Source of the DNA: Terriglobia bacterium
GTDB taxonomy: Bacteria > Acidobacteriota > Terriglobia > 2-12-FULL-54-10
Direction of reading: 5' to 3'
Length of the DNA: 64,000 bases
Assembly (NCBI GenBank): GCA_963666975.2
Contig: CAXVYR010000004.1
Location: forward strand, 2,080,001-2,144,000
Shown: piece after piece, positions 41,405 to 51,001 of the stretch
Position numbering within the stretch: the stretch's first letter is position 1
How the letters are laid out: each line of letters opens with the position of its first letter
The notes under the pieces: generated by a model
What the model was told of the DNA's origin: nothing
The model's database searches: none
Seen by the model: the letters and a program-made list of their open reading frames with translations, nothing else
Made by a program: the position numbers and the translations under genes

Positions 41405-42853
41405 GAAGGTGTCCCAAACTCAGTTGCAGGTTGGGACGGCGGGTTGAGTTCATATTACGCCACTTTCTCCTTGTGAGAGGAAGCAGCGTTTGGACTTCGG
41501 CCGAGAATCGATGCCAAAGCCCAGAGATCGTGATAACCCATGATCTTCCGGAAATTCTTCTCGGTCAGCAGAAACGCTCCTGCCACCCAGCGCAACGTCA
41601 TCTCGCCGTCGCGCCAGCGGCAAACATTGCCAGTCTTTTTCCGCACGCCCGACTGCGGGCTCTCGATGAGGTTCGTGGTTGCCAGGCAGCGGTGGAGGCT
41701 GGGAGGAACGTCGGCTCGATTGATCGTAAAGGTCTCCTCCAACCCTTCGCGCAAGCTGGCGGCTGCTGCCGGATGATCGCACTCGATCATCCCAGCGAGC
41801 TTTTTTATGCGCACGATGCCTTCCTCGGCTTGGGGCAATCGCCAGGCGGCGCGCATCAGCGACCGCACCTGATTCGCCAGCATTTTGTCGCCCTTTGGTA
41901 ACCGCTCAGCCACGTTGCGCAGCTTATGAGTACGGCAACGCTGCACCAGCTGATTGCTGCCGAATACTTCCTCGATCCCCGCGCGGAGCGCTTTGGCGCC
42001 GTCGATCACAAACAGATAGCGCTGATCCGTGCGCAAACCTTGCTGGCGCAGGCGGGTGAGAAGGTCTTTCACCGCAGCGGCGTTTTCGGTCGCGCCCAGT
42101 TGAATCCCCAGCACATGCTTGCGGCCCTCGCTGTCCACGCCCACGGCGCTGATGACGTGGTGGGAGCCGAACCGCATTCCGTCCAGGTAAATCACCAGAA
42201 TCTCGACCTCCTCCCAGCGCCGCGCCAACAGTTCTTCCAGCCGCCGCGCTCCTTGCTCGGCCGCTTCCCGGCTCACCTGAGACTTCGACACCCCAGCGCT
42301 GTTGGCCATCTCCGGGATCACCTCGCGGTAGTTCCGCGTCGAAACCCCTTTCAACAGTGCCTCGAACATCTCCTCGCCCGTCTTCTCGCTTTTCCGCAGC
42401 GCTTCGTAGGCCGGCACCGCTTCTTCCCCTCCGCCCTTCCGGCGCAGCCGGGGCCGCTCCACCCGCAGCTGGCGATCGGCCAGTTTCACCCTCCCCAATT
42501 GCCGGCCATGCCAGCGCACCTCTCCGCTCGCCTTCCCGGGACTCTTTGGCCCCGCGATTTGCTCTGCGCTCATGCTCAGAATCGTTTCAATCAAACCTCG
42601 CCCGGCCCGATCAATCACCTCATCCACCGCCAGACGCGCCTCCGTGATCAGATCCACCACCGGCAACAGCATCTGTCCGTTGGTTTGGCAAAACTTCTGG
42701 ATGGTTTCTTCGGCTCCCTTGGAACCCAGTTCCAAAACGTGATATTTTCCCTTCATTCGGCGGTTCTCCTTCTATAGGATTTAGGCTTGGCCCGATTCTA
42801 TTCGATTCGGGCCGAACCGCCGTTCAACCTTCAACTATGTATGGGACACCCTC
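41405..42853 (-). mobile_element. IS256-family element, copy 2 (1449 bp, no TSD)
   Basis: Termini GAAGGTGTCCC / GGGACACCCTC. Confidence 0.93.
41455..42756 (-). CDS. IS256-family transposase
   Basis: 433 aa, near-identical to copy 1. Confidence 0.93.
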   Translation of the reverse strand: MKGKYHVLELGSKGAEETIQKFCQTNGQMLLPVVDLITEARLAVDEVIDRAGRGLIETILSMSAEQIAGPKSPGKASGEVRWHGRQLGRVKLADRQLRVERPRLRRKGGGEEAVPAYEALRKSEKTGEEMFEALLKGVSTRNYREVIPEMANSAGVSKSQVSREAAEQGARRLEELLARRWEEVEILVIYLDGMRFGSHHVISAVGVDSEGRKHVLGIQLGATENAAAVKDLLTRLRQQGLRTDQRYLFVIDGAKALRAGIEEVFGSNQLVQRCRTHKLRNVAERLPKGDKMLANQVRSLMRAAWRLPQAEEGIVRIKKLAGMIECDHPAAAASLREGLEETFTINRADVPPSLHRCLATTNLIESPQSGVRKKTGNVCRWRDGEMTLRWVAGAFLLTEKNFRKIMGYHDLWALASILGRSPNAASSHKEKVA

Positions 42854-43478
42854 AGATAACGGCCAGCGAGTTATCAGCAGAACGGGAGCGACAGGAATCC
42901 TAACTGACAGGAAAGGTGGTGGAAATCTGGGAAATTACCTCCAGGTGGAAGCGCTCAAGAAATATATTCCCCCTGATTTGTCCGGACTATCAATAGAGTT
43001 TGAAATCCACGTAACAAACAAAATGGTCCTCGGATATAAGGCGGAGACTTTCGTTGATATTTGCCGTGCTTATGTGCAAGCCCTGAGCGAGAATGCCTTA
43101 CAAACGGACCGACAGCGCGAAATCGCGGTAAAGGCGAGTATATTTCTGGCCTCATGTGCCAAGGTGGGGCTGATAGCCTTAATTGACGAGGCAACTGGCT
43201 ACCAATTATGATCGTGCAATCGATGCCCTACAGGTCAAGCTCAAGGCGTTTCTCGCGGAAGAAATGCGGGAATGGGAAAAAACATTTCCAAACGAACTGT
43301 GGGCCGAGTTTGGTCGATTGACCAGTTGGAAAGGGGCAGTTACGCAACGCCCAAAATATTGGGGCCATCTGGTTACCGAACTGGTTTATGAATACCTTGA
43401 TCCAGACGTTTCGAAGTGGCTTAAAGAAAATCACCCACAGCCGCGCCACGGCAAGAATTGGCATCAATGGCTGAGCGA

Positions 43479-44927
43479 GAAGGTGTCCCAAACTCAGTTG
43501 CAGGTTGGGACGGCGGGTTGAGTTCATATTACGCCACTTTCTCCTTGTGAGAGGAAGCAGCGTTTGGACTTCGGCCGAGAATCGATGCCAAAGCCCAGAG
43601 ATCGTGATAACCCATGATCTTCCGGAAATTCTTCTCGGTCAGCAGAAACGCTCCTGCCACCCAGCGCAACGTCATCTCGCCATCGCGCCAGCGGCAAACA
43701 TTGCCAGTCTTTTTCCGCACGCCCGACTGCGGGCTCTCGATGAGGTTCGTGGTTGCCAGGCAGCGGTGGAGGCTGGGAGGAACGTCGGCTCGATTGATCG
43801 TAAAGGTCTCCTCCAACCCTTCGCGCAAGCTGGCGGCTGCTGCCGGATGATCGCACTCGATCATCCCAGCGAGCTTTTTTATGCGCACGATGCCTTCCTC
43901 GGCTTGGGGCAATCGCCAGGCGGCGCGCATCAGCGACCGCACCTGATTCGCCAGCATTTTGTCGCCCTTTGGTAACCGCTCAGCCACGTTGCGCAGCTTA
44001 TGAGTACGGCAACGCTGCACCAGCTGATTGCTGCCGAATACTTCCTCGATCCCCGCGCGGAGCGCTTTGGCGCCGTCGATCACAAACAGATAGCGCTGAT
44101 CCGTGCGCAAACCTTGCTGGCGCAGGCGGGTGAGAAGGTCTTTCACCGCAGCGGCGTTTTCGGTCGCGCCCAGTTGAATCCCCAGCACATGCTTGCGGCC
44201 CTCGATGTCCACGCCCACGGCGCTGATGACGTGGTGGGAGCCGAACCGCATTCCGTCCAGGTAAATCACCAGAATCTCGACCTCCTCCCAGCGCCGCGCC
44301 AACAGTTCTTCCAGCCGCCGCGCTCCTTGCTCGGCCGCTTCCCGGCTCACCTGAGACTTCGACACCCCAGCGCTGTTGGCCATCTCCGGGATCACCTCGC
44401 GGTAGTTCCGCGTCGAAACCCCTTTCAACAGTGCCTCGAACATCTCCTCGCCCGTCTTCTCGCTTTTCCGCAGCGCTTCGTAGGCCGGCACCGCTTCTTC
44501 CCCTCCGCCCTTCCGGCGCAGCCGGGGCCGCTCCACCCGCAGCTGGCGATCGGCCAGTTTCACCCTCCCCAATTGCCGGCCATGCCAGCGCACCTCTCCG
44601 CTCGCCTTCCCGGGACTCTTTGGCCCCGCGATTTGCTCTGCGCTCATGCTCAGAATCGTTTCAATCAAACCTCGCCCGGCCCGATCAATCACCTCATCCA
44701 CCGCCAGACGCGCCTCCGTGATCAGATCCACCACCGGCAACAGCATCTGTCCGTTGGTTTGGCAAAACTTCTGGATGGTTTCTTCGGCTCCCTTGGAACC
44801 CAGTTCCAAAACGTGATATTTTCCCTTCATTCGGCGGTTCTCCTTCTATAGGATTTAGGCTTGGCCCGATTCTATTCGATTCGGGCCGAACCGCCGTTCA
44901 ACCTTCAACTATGTATGGGACACCCTC
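43479..44927 (-). mobile_element. IS256-family element, copy 3, with 8-bp TSD CTGAGCGA
   Basis: CTGAGCGA at 43471-43478 and 44928-44935. Confidence 0.95.
43529..44830 (-). CDS. IS256-family transposase
   Basis: 433 aa, near-identical to copy 1. Confidence 0.93.
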   Translation of the reverse strand: MKGKYHVLELGSKGAEETIQKFCQTNGQMLLPVVDLITEARLAVDEVIDRAGRGLIETILSMSAEQIAGPKSPGKASGEVRWHGRQLGRVKLADRQLRVERPRLRRKGGGEEAVPAYEALRKSEKTGEEMFEALLKGVSTRNYREVIPEMANSAGVSKSQVSREAAEQGARRLEELLARRWEEVEILVIYLDGMRFGSHHVISAVGVDIEGRKHVLGIQLGATENAAAVKDLLTRLRQQGLRTDQRYLFVIDGAKALRAGIEEVFGSNQLVQRCRTHKLRNVAERLPKGDKMLANQVRSLMRAAWRLPQAEEGIVRIKKLAGMIECDHPAAAASLREGLEETFTINRADVPPSLHRCLATTNLIESPQSGVRKKTGNVCRWRDGEMTLRWVAGAFLLTEKNFRKIMGYHDLWALASILGRSPNAASSHKEKVA

Positions 44928-45719
44928 CTGAGCGAACAATATGGGCAGAAATTAGTTCAACATATTATACACTGATTGGAGTGCCAAGCCATGTGCCAGC
45001 CAATGCGCGAACTGATAGAGCATGGCAGAAATTATGGCAAGTCCCCCGTGCAGCTTCTATACCTTCCCACCTAGGCCGGAGATAAATGTGTAACACTTCG
45101 GTGCAGCCATTCCAATGCTATTGACTTGGTTAGACGTTCCACCTGGCCCGGGCAGCATGGCGGGCAATCGTCAGAACGTCGCTTGGCTCAGCTGCGGCAG
45201 CGATGCGCTCGCCTCAGTCCTTACCACCTTTTCGCCTGCTTGCAGATGGCAGGTTATTAATTTCTCCGGTTGCAATCTTGGCGCCGATTGACCGCGCTCC
45301 CGATCACGTCAGCAGGTCTCTTGTGGCCGTGTGAGTCCACTGTGGCATTGTTTCCCATCTTGTTTTGGTTGCTGTTTAATTCTAAGGCCACCGCCTGGAA
45401 TTTTCAATCGCCAGATTTCAAACTGAGACACTTGGCGAATCCTGAGCGTGACCGTAAGAGCTTGCATTTATAAAATCAATATAACATTTGATGAGAAGTC
45501 TGCCAATCAAAACTGGCCCGAGTTCACGGCGGACTTTGTGGGAAGCGCAATTGAACAACCCCACGGCAAACGGCCGCGTTTTCACTAACAGGAGAGAGCA
45601 CGAAATTGTCTCGCCAACCACCCGGTATAGGCTGATTTGGAGCGTGCTATAATGCCCGCGCAGCCTCAGTAATTCCACAGAAGGAGTGCTCGTGCTAATC
45701 TTCGTCCTCGCAGCCAAGC

Positions 45720-46708
45720 TCCGGCTGGAGCATCTTCAATATCAATATCTTTGCCCCCGCCCTTGCAGTGGCGGCGTTTGCATGCGTTGTGTCGCAAACA
45801 GTGATTCCGTTAAGGGCGCAAGGACAGGTTGCTGCATCCGGCGCTCCGGCCACAACTCCGGCGAACGTGGCGCCTGCAGGTCCGGACGAGGTGGTTCTGA
45901 GCATTGGCGAGGTGAAGATCACGGCGGCGGAGTTTGAGAAGGTGATGGCTGCCTTGCCCCCGCAGTTTGGCGGCACAGTGGGCACAATGGGAAAGCGGGG
46001 ATTTGCCGAGCAATATGCCAACCTCAGGGGCTTGGCTATGGAAGGCGAAAAACGGCAGATCGACCAAAGAGAAAGCTTCCAGGGATGATGGCCTTCCAAC
46101 GCATCTTGCAGCTTGCTCAGGTAACCCTGAATGAAGTGGCCAACGCCGGGACATAATCCGGCCCGAGGAGATCACTGAATATTGAATCGAATTAGCCGGA
46201 ATTTGAGGAGCTAAAGCTGAGGGGCATCTTTATCTCCTTCCAATCCGGGGCCGCTCCCGGGGGAGGGCAAGCTGGCTCGGCAAAACCCCAGCGCACCGAG
46301 GCGGAGGCAAGGGCCAAGGCGGAGTCCCTGATGAACCGCATTCGGGCCGGGAAGGACATGGCAACTTTGGCCAGAACGGATTCCGACCATGCTTCGTTCG
46401 CCCAAAGCGGGGATTTCGGTTTTGTCAGCCGCAGCCAGTTCGCTCCTGAGATCGGCAACGCCGTTTTCTCCCTCGAACTCAATCAGGCGAGCGAGCCTCT
46501 CCGGGACACCGGCGGGTTTTTCCTCTTTCGGGTGGAGGGGAAACGCATTCAGCCTCTGGAAGAGGCTCAAGCGGGCATCCGGAGCAACCTGCGCCAGCAA
46601 AAGCTGGGCAACGTACTTGCCAAAGTGAGAAGTGACTACCCGATAACGTTTAATCCGCGCTATTTTTCTGAATCCGCCCCAGCGGGCGCGGCCACTCCGG
46701 CGCAGTAG
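45720..46708 (+). pseudogene. PpiC-type peptidyl-prolyl isomerase (PrsA/SurA-like), frameshifted
   Basis: VVLSIGEVKITAAEF, LRGILIS, AKAE...RI.AG.D.ATLA...SD...SGDFG..., FSLELNQ.S spread over several frames. Confidence 0.7.
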
Positions 46709-47047
46709 ACCTTTCCGCAGTTGCCATTCCGAAGCAAAACGACGGCGGCGGCGTGCTTTCCTCGTTTGCGGCAGCCCCATGCTATATAAGAGAGTTGGCA
46801 AGGTTTCCAACGGTCGTGTGGAAAAGTATGTGGAAAATCCCTTTCCGGTTTCTCTAATCTCTTTGCTGACGTTGCTTAGTGCAAAGTGCACTAAGGTGCA
46901 GCATGGCGGATAAAAGGTCTTATGTGACGAAGGTTAAATGGGTTAGCAGAAGTTGAGGAACCGAAAAATATCTTCCAAAGGGAGACTTTTCGGAAAAGGT
47001 TGATGATAAACAAGCATAGAACTTCTGTCCTCTCTGGAAAGTCCGCT

Positions 47048-48496
47048 GAGGGTGTCCCATACATAGTTGAAGGTTGAACGGCGGTTCGGCCCGAATCGAA
47101 TAGAATCGGGCCAAGCCTAAATCCTATAGAAGGAGAACCGCCGAATGAAGGGAAAATATCACGTTTTGGAACTGGGTTCCAAGGGAGCCGAAGAAACCAT
47201 CCAGAAGTTTTGCCAAACCAACGGACAGATGCTGTTGCCGGTGGTGGATCTGATCACGGAGGCGCGTCTGGCGGTGGATGAGGTGATTGATCGGGCCGGG
47301 CGAGGTTTGATTGAAACGATTCTGAGCATGAGCGCAGAGCAAATCGCGGGGCCAAAGAGTCCCGGGAAGGCGAGCGGAGAGGTGCGCTGGCATGGCCGGC
47401 AATTGGGGAGGGTGAAACTGGCCGATCGCCAGCTGCGGGTGGAGCGGCCCCGGCTGCGCCGGAAGGGCGGAGGGGAAGAAGCGGTGCCGGCCTACGAAGC
47501 ACTGCGGAAAAGCGAGAAGACGGGCGAGGAGATGTTCGAGGCACTGTTGAAAGGGGTTTCGACGCGGAACTACCGCGAGGTGATCCCGGAGATGGCCAAC
47601 AGCGCTGGGGTGTCGAAGTCTCAGGTGAGCCGGGAAGCGGCCGAGCAAGGAGCGCGGCGGCTGGAAGAACTGTTGGCGCGGCGCTGGGAGGAGGTCGAGA
47701 TTCTGGTGATTTACCTGGACGGAATGCGGTTCGGCTCCCACCACGTCATCAGCGCCGTGGGCGTGGACATCGAGGGCCGCAAGCATGTGCTGGGGATTCA
47801 ACTGGGCGCGACCGAAAACGCCGCTGCGGTGAAAGACCTTCTCACCCGCCTGCGCCAGCAAGGTTTGCGCACGGATCAGCGCTATCTGTTTGTGATCGAC
47901 GGCGCCAAAGCGCTCCGCGCGGGGATCGAGGAAGTATTCGGCAGCAATCAGCTGGTGCAGCGTTGCCGTACTCATAAGCTGCGCAACGTGGCTGAGCGGT
48001 TACCAAAGGGCGACAAAATGCTGGCGAATCAGGTGCGGTCGCTGATGCGCGCCGCCTGGCGATTGCCCCAAGCCGAGGAAGGCATCGTGCGCATAAAAAA
48101 GCTCGCTGGGATGATCGAGTGCGATCATCCGGCAGCAGCCGCCAGCTTGCGCGAAGGGTTGGAGGAGACCTTTACGATCAATCGAGCCGACGTTCCTCCC
48201 AGCCTCCACCGCTGCCTGGCAACCACGAACCTCATCGAGAGCCCGCAGTCGGGCGTGCGGAAAAAGACTGGCAATGTTTGCCGCTGGCGCGACGGCGAGA
48301 TGACGTTGCGCTGGGTGGCAGGAGCGTTTCTGCTGACCGAGAAGAATTTCCGGAAGATCATGGGTTATCACGATCTCTGGGCTTTGGCATCGATTCTCGG
48401 CCGAAGTCCAAACGCTGCTTCCTCTCACAAGGAGAAAGTGGCGTAATATGAACTCAACCCGCCGTCCCAACCTGCAACTGAGTTTGGGACACCTTC
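47048..48496 (+). mobile_element. IS256-family element, copy 4 (no TSD)
   Basis: GAGGGTGTCCC...GGGACACCTTC, 1449 bp. Confidence 0.93.
47145..48446 (+). CDS. IS256-family transposase
   Basis: 433 aa, near-identical to copy 1. Confidence 0.93.
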   Translation: MKGKYHVLELGSKGAEETIQKFCQTNGQMLLPVVDLITEARLAVDEVIDRAGRGLIETILSMSAEQIAGPKSPGKASGEVRWHGRQLGRVKLADRQLRVERPRLRRKGGGEEAVPAYEALRKSEKTGEEMFEALLKGVSTRNYREVIPEMANSAGVSKSQVSREAAEQGARRLEELLARRWEEVEILVIYLDGMRFGSHHVISAVGVDIEGRKHVLGIQLGATENAAAVKDLLTRLRQQGLRTDQRYLFVIDGAKALRAGIEEVFGSNQLVQRCRTHKLRNVAERLPKGDKMLANQVRSLMRAAWRLPQAEEGIVRIKKLAGMIECDHPAAAASLREGLEETFTINRADVPPSLHRCLATTNLIESPQSGVRKKTGNVCRWRDGEMTLRWVAGAFLLTEKNFRKIMGYHDLWALASILGRSPNAASSHKEKVA

Positions 48497-48716
48497 TGGG
48501 TAGCAGATGCTTATCCGCTAATAACTGCGTTGACCCAGGCCACGGCTCACCCGCCCTTTTCTTTCTTTCAAAAAAGACAATGGATTTTGATAATTTTAAT
48601 ATGCTTGCCTTAGCTTGGCGTCGCTGCTCTTTGGCCTGTGCAATCAATGAATCCCATGGACCCACATCCGTGTCTAGGTCCGCATTTATTTCCCCCTTGA
48701 CTTTGTCTACAGACAT
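48497..48716 (-). CDS. Small hypothetical protein divergent from 48731 (3' end runs into IS256)
   Basis: About 73 codons, MSVDKVK...IVFFERKKRAGEPWPG. Confidence 0.45.
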
Positions 48717-48730
48717 GTTATGTTCACCTC

Positions 48731-49258
48731 ATGGCAGATCAAGAGTACAATCCCGCAAAAATGTTGGAAACTCTCAGGGTGCGCCTTTGCGGCCTGGACA
48801 ATGAGCGCGATGAGCTTGACGCCAAGAGAGTTGAAATTGAAAAACAAATTGCAAACATTAAAGCCGTTATCAATAAAATGCTCCCCCTTTGCGGATTGGC
48901 CGCTTCCATAGATGATTTGAGCACTCTCGGCTTTACTGATGCGATACGCCACGTGTTTTTGACTTCGGGGGAACACGGAGCTTTGGGGCTCGCCTCGGCA
49001 TGGCTGTCTCCCAAGGACGTTAGGGACGAGCTTGCCAAGAGGGGGTTGGACTTGTCGCCCTACGAAAATCCAATGTCTTCCATTTATACGATTTTGAATC
49101 GCATGAAAGATAACGATGAGATAGAGATAAGGAGGGAAGGCCTCAACGTCTTCTACAAGGAAATAGTAAAGGAAGTGGATGAGGATGATTTTTCTTGGAC
49201 GCCAGACGCAGAAAATTTTATTGAGACTTCTAAACCGCCAAAGAGGAACAGTAGATGA
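48731..49258 (+). CDS. Coiled-coil + winged-helix-like protein (phage/IME regulator-like)
   Basis: N-terminal heptads, then GFTDAIR.V...SPKDVRDEL..RG...SIYTILNRM...EI. Confidence 0.65.
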   Translation: MADQEYNPAKMLETLRVRLCGLDNERDELDAKRVEIEKQIANIKAVINKMLPLCGLAASIDDLSTLGFTDAIRHVFLTSGEHGALGLASAWLSPKDVRDELAKRGLDLSPYENPMSSIYTILNRMKDNDEIEIRREGLNVFYKEIVKEVDEDDFSWTPDAENFIETSKPPKRNSR

Positions 49259-49368
49259 ATTGCAGTGGCCCCGTAGCTCAACGGCACAGAGGAACAAGCA
49301 GGGACTGAAGGCGCTAATCGGATGTGCGCTTGGTTTAGGAGGTATGGATTGAAAGATTGATAGATAAC

Positions 49369-49476
49369 GGGCCGGTAGCTCAGCGGAAACGATCCGGGAC
49401 CTTCTAGGGCAGGATCAAGAGCGTCCGCCTGCTAAGCGGAAGGTCGAGGGTTCGACTTTTCCTGGCCGGCCCGCCA
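49369..49476 (+). tRNA. Atypical tRNA-like gene, anticodon GCT (Ser), with D-loop hairpin insertion; possibly a pseudo-tRNA
   Basis: GGGCCGG/CCGGCCC-G-CCA acceptor, TAGCTCAG...AGAGC D-stem, TCCGC-CT-GCT-AA-GCGGA anticodon arm, AGGTC, GGTTCGACT. Weak T-stem. Confidence 0.6.
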
Positions 49477-49478
49477 GC

Positions 49479-50927
49479 GAGGGTGTCCCATACATAGTTG
49501 AAGGTTGAACGGCGGTTCGGCCCGAATCGAATAGAATCGGGCCAAGCCTAAATCCTATAGAAGGAGAACCGCCGAATGAAGGGAAAATATCACGTTTTGG
49601 AACTGGGTTCCAAGGGAGCCGAAGAAACCATCCAGAAGTTTTGCCAAACCAACGGACAGATGCTGTTGCCGGTGGTGGATCTGATCACGGAGGCGCGTCT
49701 GGCGGTGGATGAGGTGATTGATCGGGCCGGGCGAGGTTTGATTGAAACGATTCTGAGCATGAGCGCAGAGCAAATCGCGGGGCCAAAGAGTCCCGGGAAG
49801 GCGAGCGGAGAGGTGCGCTGGCATGGCCGGCAATTGGGGAGGGTGAAACTGGCCGATCGCCAGCTGCGGGTGGAGCGGCCCCGGCTGCGCCGGAAGGGCG
49901 GAGGGGAAGAAGCGGTGCCGGCCTACGAAGCACTGCGGAAAAGCGAGAAGACGGGCGAGGAGATGTTCGAGGCACTGTTGAAAGGGGTTTCGACGCGGAA
50001 CTACCGCGAGGTGATCCCGGAGATGGCCAACAGCGCTGGGGTGTCGAAGTCTCAGGTGAGCCGGGAAGCGGCCGAGCAAGGAGCGCGGCGGCTGGAAGAA
50101 CTGTTGGCGCGGCGCTGGGAGGAGGTCGAGATTCTGGTGATTTACCTGGACGGAATGCGGTTCGGCTCCCACCACGTCATCAGCGCCGTGGGCGTGGACA
50201 TCGAGGGCCGCAAGCATGTGCTGGGGATTCAACTGGGCGCGACCGAAAACGCCGCTGCGGTGAAAGACCTTCTCACCCGCCTGCGCCAGCAAGGTTTGCG
50301 CACGGATCAGCGCTATCTGTTTGTGATCGACGGCGCCAAAGCGCTCCGCGCGGGGATCGAGGAAGTATTCGGCAGCAATCAGCTGGTGCAGCGTTGCCGT
50401 ACTCATAAGCTGCGCAACGTGGCTGAGCGGTTACCAAAGGGCGACAAAATGCTGGCGAATCAGGTGCGGTCGCTGATGCGCGCCGCCTGGCGATTGCCCC
50501 AAGCCGAGGAAGGCATCGTGCGCATAAAAAAGCTCGCTGGGATGATCGAGTGCGATCATCCGGCAGCAGCCGCCAGCTTGCGCGAAGGGTTGGAGGAGAC
50601 CTTTACGATCAATCGAGCCGACGTTCCTCCCAGCCTCCACCGCTGCCTGGCAACCACGAACCTCATCGAGAGCCCGCAGTCGGGCGTGCGGAAAAAGACT
50701 GGCAATGTTTGCCGCTGGCGCGACGGCGAGATGACGTTGCGCTGGGTGGCAGGAGCGTTTCTGCTGACCGAGAAGAATTTCCGGAAGATCATGGGTTATC
50801 ACGATCTCTGGGCTTTGGCATCGATTCTCGGCCGAAGTCCAAACGCTGCTTCCTCTCACAAGGAGGAAGTGGCGTAATATGAACTCAACCCGCCGTCCCA
50901 ACCTGCAACTGAGTTTGGGACACCTTC
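49479..50927 (+). mobile_element. IS256-family element, copy 5, with 8-bp TSD CCGCCAGC
   Basis: CCGCCAGC at 49471-49478 and 50928-50935. Confidence 0.95.
49576..50877 (+). CDS. IS256-family transposase
   Basis: 433 aa, near-identical to copy 1. Confidence 0.93.
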   Translation: MKGKYHVLELGSKGAEETIQKFCQTNGQMLLPVVDLITEARLAVDEVIDRAGRGLIETILSMSAEQIAGPKSPGKASGEVRWHGRQLGRVKLADRQLRVERPRLRRKGGGEEAVPAYEALRKSEKTGEEMFEALLKGVSTRNYREVIPEMANSAGVSKSQVSREAAEQGARRLEELLARRWEEVEILVIYLDGMRFGSHHVISAVGVDIEGRKHVLGIQLGATENAAAVKDLLTRLRQQGLRTDQRYLFVIDGAKALRAGIEEVFGSNQLVQRCRTHKLRNVAERLPKGDKMLANQVRSLMRAAWRLPQAEEGIVRIKKLAGMIECDHPAAAASLREGLEETFTINRADVPPSLHRCLATTNLIESPQSGVRKKTGNVCRWRDGEMTLRWVAGAFLLTEKNFRKIMGYHDLWALASILGRSPNAASSHKEEVA

Positions 50928-51001
50928 CCGCCAGCTTCTAGCAAGTAACCCCTGGAGTCTGCGACTAACAGGCTCCAGGGCATCGACACGGAGAAACCCC
51001 C

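Larger units (their letters stand above)
42854..45030 (+). pseudogene. P63C-domain (phage-associated) protein, 5'-truncated, frameshifted and split by IS256 copy 3
   Basis: VGLIALIDEATGYQ, WEKTFP, RPKYWG....LVY, HQWLSE. The coding sequence resumes after the TSD. Confidence 0.75.

Noticed and set aside
46790-47047. oriC
   Set aside because: Only two DnaA-box matches, with no dnaA/dnaN and no clear unwinding element.
49267-49291. Partner att site of tRNA-Val
   Set aside because: Opposite strand and a different sequence from the tRNA-Val 5' end.
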